Part shown: piece after piece, positions 60,588 to 64,000 of the stretch
How the letters are laid out: each line of letters opens with the position of its first letter
Numbering within the stretch: the first letter of the stretch is position 1
Assembly: GCA_963666345.1 (NCBI GenBank)
Contig: OY762721.1
Location: forward strand, 1,152,001 to 1,216,000
Direction: 5' to 3'
DNA from: Desulfatiglandales bacterium
Lineage (GTDB): Bacteria; Desulfobacterota; DSM-4660; Desulfatiglandales; Desulfatiglandaceae
DNA: 64,000 nt
The notes under the pieces: generated by a model
Told to the model about the DNA's origin: nothing
Database searches by the model: none
What the model saw: only the letters and a program-made list of their open reading frames with translations
Translations under genes and position numbers: made by a program

Positions 60588-63233
60588 TCAGGCCTTACCC
60601 CATTCTTCAAGCCCGTCCTTTTCATCCGCGGTCGTTCCTTTGGGCCTTACCTTGCGGTAGACATCCAGGGGATCTCTTCTCTCCCCATTGACTTTAAGCA
60701 GATCATCCTCTATGGAAATTCCGAAGTATCTTTCATTTTCTTCAAGATAAGGAAGAATCAGATCCCAGTCCTTTTCTTCAAGACGCACTATCTCACCGCC
60801 GTTTAATTGCTGATCCTCGATAAGGGCGTAAGGATCTCTGACATAGACCGCACCGCCCGAGGCAAGAGAAAAGAGGTTTGAACCGGGATAGGGAGTCGCC
60901 TGGGCCTTCACCTTTCCCTCATCCTCAAACTCGACACCGTTAAGCACGACAAAACCTCCCCCCTTGAGCGGATCACCCGCCATGAAGGACTCACCAAGAT
61001 AGTCGAGGCAGGTCCCGTTTATCACCACTCTGGGGCTGCCGACCGCGTTTATCAGGGGCCGGCCCGCGGCGTTTCCCATGACGTAGACCTCTCCGCCTTT
61101 GGCCCCGTACATGAATGTCTGGCCGATGTCCCCATGTATAACCATTTTCCCCGATTTCATTACCTGCCCCAGCTGGTCCTGGGCATTTCCATGGACATGT
61201 ATGGAAAGCCCGTCTATGCCGCTTCCCATATAATCCCCGGAGCTTCCGTATATATCTATCCTGACCCCTCCCGAGTCACTGCCCAGGCCGCAGCCGTGGA
61301 ACCGCTGCCCCTTGAGGCCGAAGACTATAAACCTGCGCCACCCCCTGAAAAAGGCCTCCGCAAGAAGCCTGCTGTCACAATTATTTCCTTCGGGCGGGAA
61401 AAGTGAGGCATCTATCACAAGGACCTTTTCATCATATGCGGGCCCCCTGAAAAACTGCCGCATCTCCCAGTCTACAAGCCTGTAAGAACCGGCCGAGTCT
61501 TCTCTTTGAAGAGAAGGAAAATGCCTGAATATGGTCTCAAGGGTCTGGTTTATCATCTGGAGGATGGAGCGTCTCTTCTTGTCGTATGTGGGATATCGCC
61601 TGTCGATAAGTTTCGTGAGAGCACTTAAGGCCACCTCCAGATGGGCATCATCCTTAAGTGCCCATGCCCTGACCTCCTTGAGGCAGTCCATGAGATCCGC
61701 GTAGTCCCAGTCCCTCATCCCCTCTCTTATGTAATCGAAAAGAGCATCGGGTCTCTGTAGTTCGAAAAAGCCGGACACCTCGAAACGATCCCTCGACTCA
61801 TCATCCATGAGATAATAGACCCTGCCCGGCAGATACGGAGACTGGTTCTCAGGCACGGTGATCCGTCTTCCGAATTTATCGTTACAGCTTAATCGAAGTC
61901 CCTCATTGCCGTAATCCTCGTCATCATCCAGGCTGAATATAAAGGCACCCCCGTCCGTGTAGCTGCCCCCGCGTGCGTTCCAGTATTTGTCCGCAACCGT
62001 CCCGATCCTCGGGTCCTCCTCTGAAAGGCTTTTCAGGGTGGCGTCTATGGCCTGTTTCTCCGAGCAGATAAGGCCGACCTGGACCTGCCCCTCATGGAGG
62101 GCGAAGACCTGAGGCCTCAGCATTGCGGTGTCGGTAATGCCTATGAGCTGAAGCCTGTCTTTTTCCGTGTCGTTTCTCGCAATAATGAAAAACCATGGCC
62201 CGTCAGGCGAGCCATGGACATGCGAGCGCTGGATGGCACGGTAGATTTCCTGTTTATCAGGGTCGAGCAGATCGAAATCCCTTTCCATGGTCGGAGCCAG
62301 GGCCTCTATTACATACTCAAGGGGATAACCGTATGTCCTGCTGTAGAGATCAAACAGCTGGGCAGACACCTCGGTGTCTGTCAGAAACTGAGGGTATATA
62401 TTCCTCAGGCTCAAATATTGCGCCACGGAATGATAATTCGCGAAATCCCCGTTATGGACAAGCGCCTCATTGACACCTATGAATGGATGGGCCCCTGCAG
62501 GATGCCATACCCTTCCTTTGGTGGGATACCTCTGATGGGCTATCCATATATGCGCCTTGAAATTATCCAGTTTATAGTATTGGACAACCTGCTCCGCGTA
62601 ACCTACTATCTTGAGTATGAAAAAATTACGGCCGTGGGAAAGGACAAACGCCCTCTGCTGTCCATAGGCGTCATAGAAGGTCTTGTTTATCATGAAGCTG
62701 TTCTGATAGACGAATTCATCCTCCGCCTGTCTGTCTGAAAGTCCTTTTAGACCTTTTTCCTCCATGAACCCCTGCAGCACCTCAGGTCTTACCCTTACAA
62801 AATAGCGCTGGACCTCGGGAGGTCTTACGTCCAGCCCCTTGATATCCCTGTAATCATCAACGTGAGGCAGGCGTTCTGACAACGCCACCGTGAAAAAAGG
62901 CTCTATGAAACGGACCTCTATTTCAGGCAGCACTTCCTCTTCCAGGATGGCTATCTGAAGGATATAGTCATCCCTGAGCGTCCGCCTAGACACCCCCAGC
63001 ATCCTGTGGTCAAAACCCATGGCCGCTATTCCGCCTCCGCGACCGTTGCCCCGGTTGTGCATCTGTCTTGAGGGTTCATAGATATGCTTGCCCCTTACGG
63101 GGATAGAGCACGCAAAACCTGTTACACCGCATCCTCCCTCGGCCTCCGTCTCATAGGAGGCCCTGACAGGATAGCCCTCGGTCATCGATTCCCTGGAAAG
63201 CACGACTTTTCTTATTATGTCCTCTCTGTTCAT
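60588..63233 (-). CDS. Glutamate synthase-related subunit: class II glutamine amidotransferase fused to GXGXG domain, no FMN domain
   Basis: EGGCG, AHQRYPT, AHPF, HNGD, TDTEV; C-terminal GDIGQTFMYGAKGG, GNAAGRP. Confidence 0.88.
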   Translation of the reverse strand: MNREDIIRKVVLSRESMTEGYPVRASYETEAEGGCGVTGFACSIPVRGKHIYEPSRQMHNRGNGRGGGIAAMGFDHRMLGVSRRTLRDDYILQIAILEEEVLPEIEVRFIEPFFTVALSERLPHVDDYRDIKGLDVRPPEVQRYFVRVRPEVLQGFMEEKGLKGLSDRQAEDEFVYQNSFMINKTFYDAYGQQRAFVLSHGRNFFILKIVGYAEQVVQYYKLDNFKAHIWIAHQRYPTKGRVWHPAGAHPFIGVNEALVHNGDFANYHSVAQYLSLRNIYPQFLTDTEVSAQLFDLYSRTYGYPLEYVIEALAPTMERDFDLLDPDKQEIYRAIQRSHVHGSPDGPWFFIIARNDTEKDRLQLIGITDTAMLRPQVFALHEGQVQVGLICSEKQAIDATLKSLSEEDPRIGTVADKYWNARGGSYTDGGAFIFSLDDDEDYGNEGLRLSCNDKFGRRITVPENQSPYLPGRVYYLMDDESRDRFEVSGFFELQRPDALFDYIREGMRDWDYADLMDCLKEVRAWALKDDAHLEVALSALTKLIDRRYPTYDKKRRSILQMINQTLETIFRHFPSLQREDSAGSYRLVDWEMRQFFRGPAYDEKVLVIDASLFPPEGNNCDSRLLAEAFFRGWRRFIVFGLKGQRFHGCGLGSDSGGVRIDIYGSSGDYMGSGIDGLSIHVHGNAQDQLGQVMKSGKMVIHGDIGQTFMYGAKGGEVYVMGNAAGRPLINAVGSPRVVINGTCLDYLGESFMAGDPLKGGGFVVLNGVEFEDEGKVKAQATPYPGSNLFSLASGGAVYVRDPYALIEDQQLNGGEIVRLEEKDWDLILPYLEENERYFGISIEDDLLKVNGERRDPLDVYRKVRPKGTTADEKDGLEEWGKA

Positions 63234-63247
63234 TGGAAAACCTGTAT

Positions 63248-63680
63248 GGTTCTTCTCCCGATTAGTTGGTGTTAAACAGGGCTAAATAAAGAAATCCTTC
63301 TTATTTAAGCGGCTGAGTGCTCGTAGGATTCTTCGCCCTCGCTTAGCTCAGCTCAGTCCCACTGCTTCGCAGCGGGTTCCCGGTTTCTTTGCTCCGCTTG
63401 CGCTTCGCTCAGTCCCACTGCTTCGCAGCGGGTTCCCGGTTTCAAGGGGTCTAGGATTCAAGGATTCCAGTGCTCCATTGAAACGGCGGATACGCTAAAG
63501 CGTTACAAAGATTTAAAGCTGTTGCAGAAATCCTGCGAATGCTTTTCAGGTATAGAATAAATGAAAAATTCTCAAATAACATGAGGTACACAGAGCTCAA
63601 TAAATCGTTAAAAATACTGATAAAGTCTTAAAAAAAACAAACCCTTGGACCCTCTTCGCCAACTAAGTTGGAGAAGAACC
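63248..63680. mobile_element. Non-autonomous TIR element, copy C, inverted relative to A and B
   Basis: GGTTCTTCTCC...GGAGAAGAACC perfect 11-bp TIR; flanks ACCTGTAT / ACCTTTAT (7/8); plus strand LKRYKDLKLLQKS...LKILIKS. Confidence 0.8.
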
Positions 63681-63687
63681 ACCTTTA

Positions 63688-64000
63688 TTAATCTCTGTCT
63701 GCCTTTTCCTTCATATAATCGAGGTGAACGAGGCAGTCTGTCCGCCCTACAAGCTCTTTCAGACTATCCATTCCCAGCTTCCTGAGTATTCTGATGAGTT
63801 CCTTTCGCCAGGCAAGAAAGAGGTTTATTACCCTCTGAGTGCCCCACTCTATGGTCATCAGCTGCATCAGCTCCGGATCAGTCGTGGCTATACCCCTTGC
63901 GCAACCCCTCCCCCTCTCACAGTTATGGCAGCGCACGCACTCAAGGGCTACCAGATCGGCCGTGCCTGTGCAGACTCCGTCCGCACCCAGCGCTATTATC
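63688..64000 (-). CDS. 3' end of FMN/Fe-S glutamate synthase subunit (partial)
   Basis: ALECVRCHNCERGRGCARGIATTDPEL...LG..S..EL.GR.D.L. Confidence 0.85.
   Translation of the reverse strand, partial: IIALGADGVCTGTADLVALECVRCHNCERGRGCARGIATTDPELMQLMTIEWGTQRVINLFLAWRKELIRILRKLGMDSLKELVGRTDCLVHLDYMKEKADRD

Overview
Bacterial DNA, most likely from an anaerobic Desulfobacterota (deltaproteobacterial) genome; the taxon is inferred from gene content and repeat types. The left ~27 kb is visibly more AT-rich and accessory-like. It carries a sigma-54 regulon in which a PAS-type enhancer-binding protein sits between two identical, divergent -24/-12 promoters. One drives a Liv-type ABC transporter and the other a cluster of two pyrrolysine-free MtmB-family methyltransferases flanking a corrinoid protein. 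Next comes a decayed integron landscape: two attI-like units with an IntI 5' stub and a shared border (one also with a RAYT stub), several attC-like sites, and HicBA and RelE/ParD-like TA cassettes. The left part also holds an intact ISL3 with 8-bp target duplication, a selenocysteine MsrA with a signal peptide, and sensor proteins. A three-copy family of TIR-bounded non-autonomous elements carrying decayed four-helix-bundle genes occurs at 9, 16 and 63 kb. The right ~37 kb is core-like: NifA-type regulator, kdnAB (Kdo8N synthesis), a PEP/pyruvate-binding-domain protein, phoBR with an OlsF-like lipid synthase and pstSCAB-phoU, a sigma-54-preceded hisHF-carAB-purF glutamine-amidotransferase operon, glnB, glnD and split glutamate synthase genes. 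No rRNA, tRNA or CRISPR array was recognised. All protein family calls come from motif recognition by eye, not from database searches.
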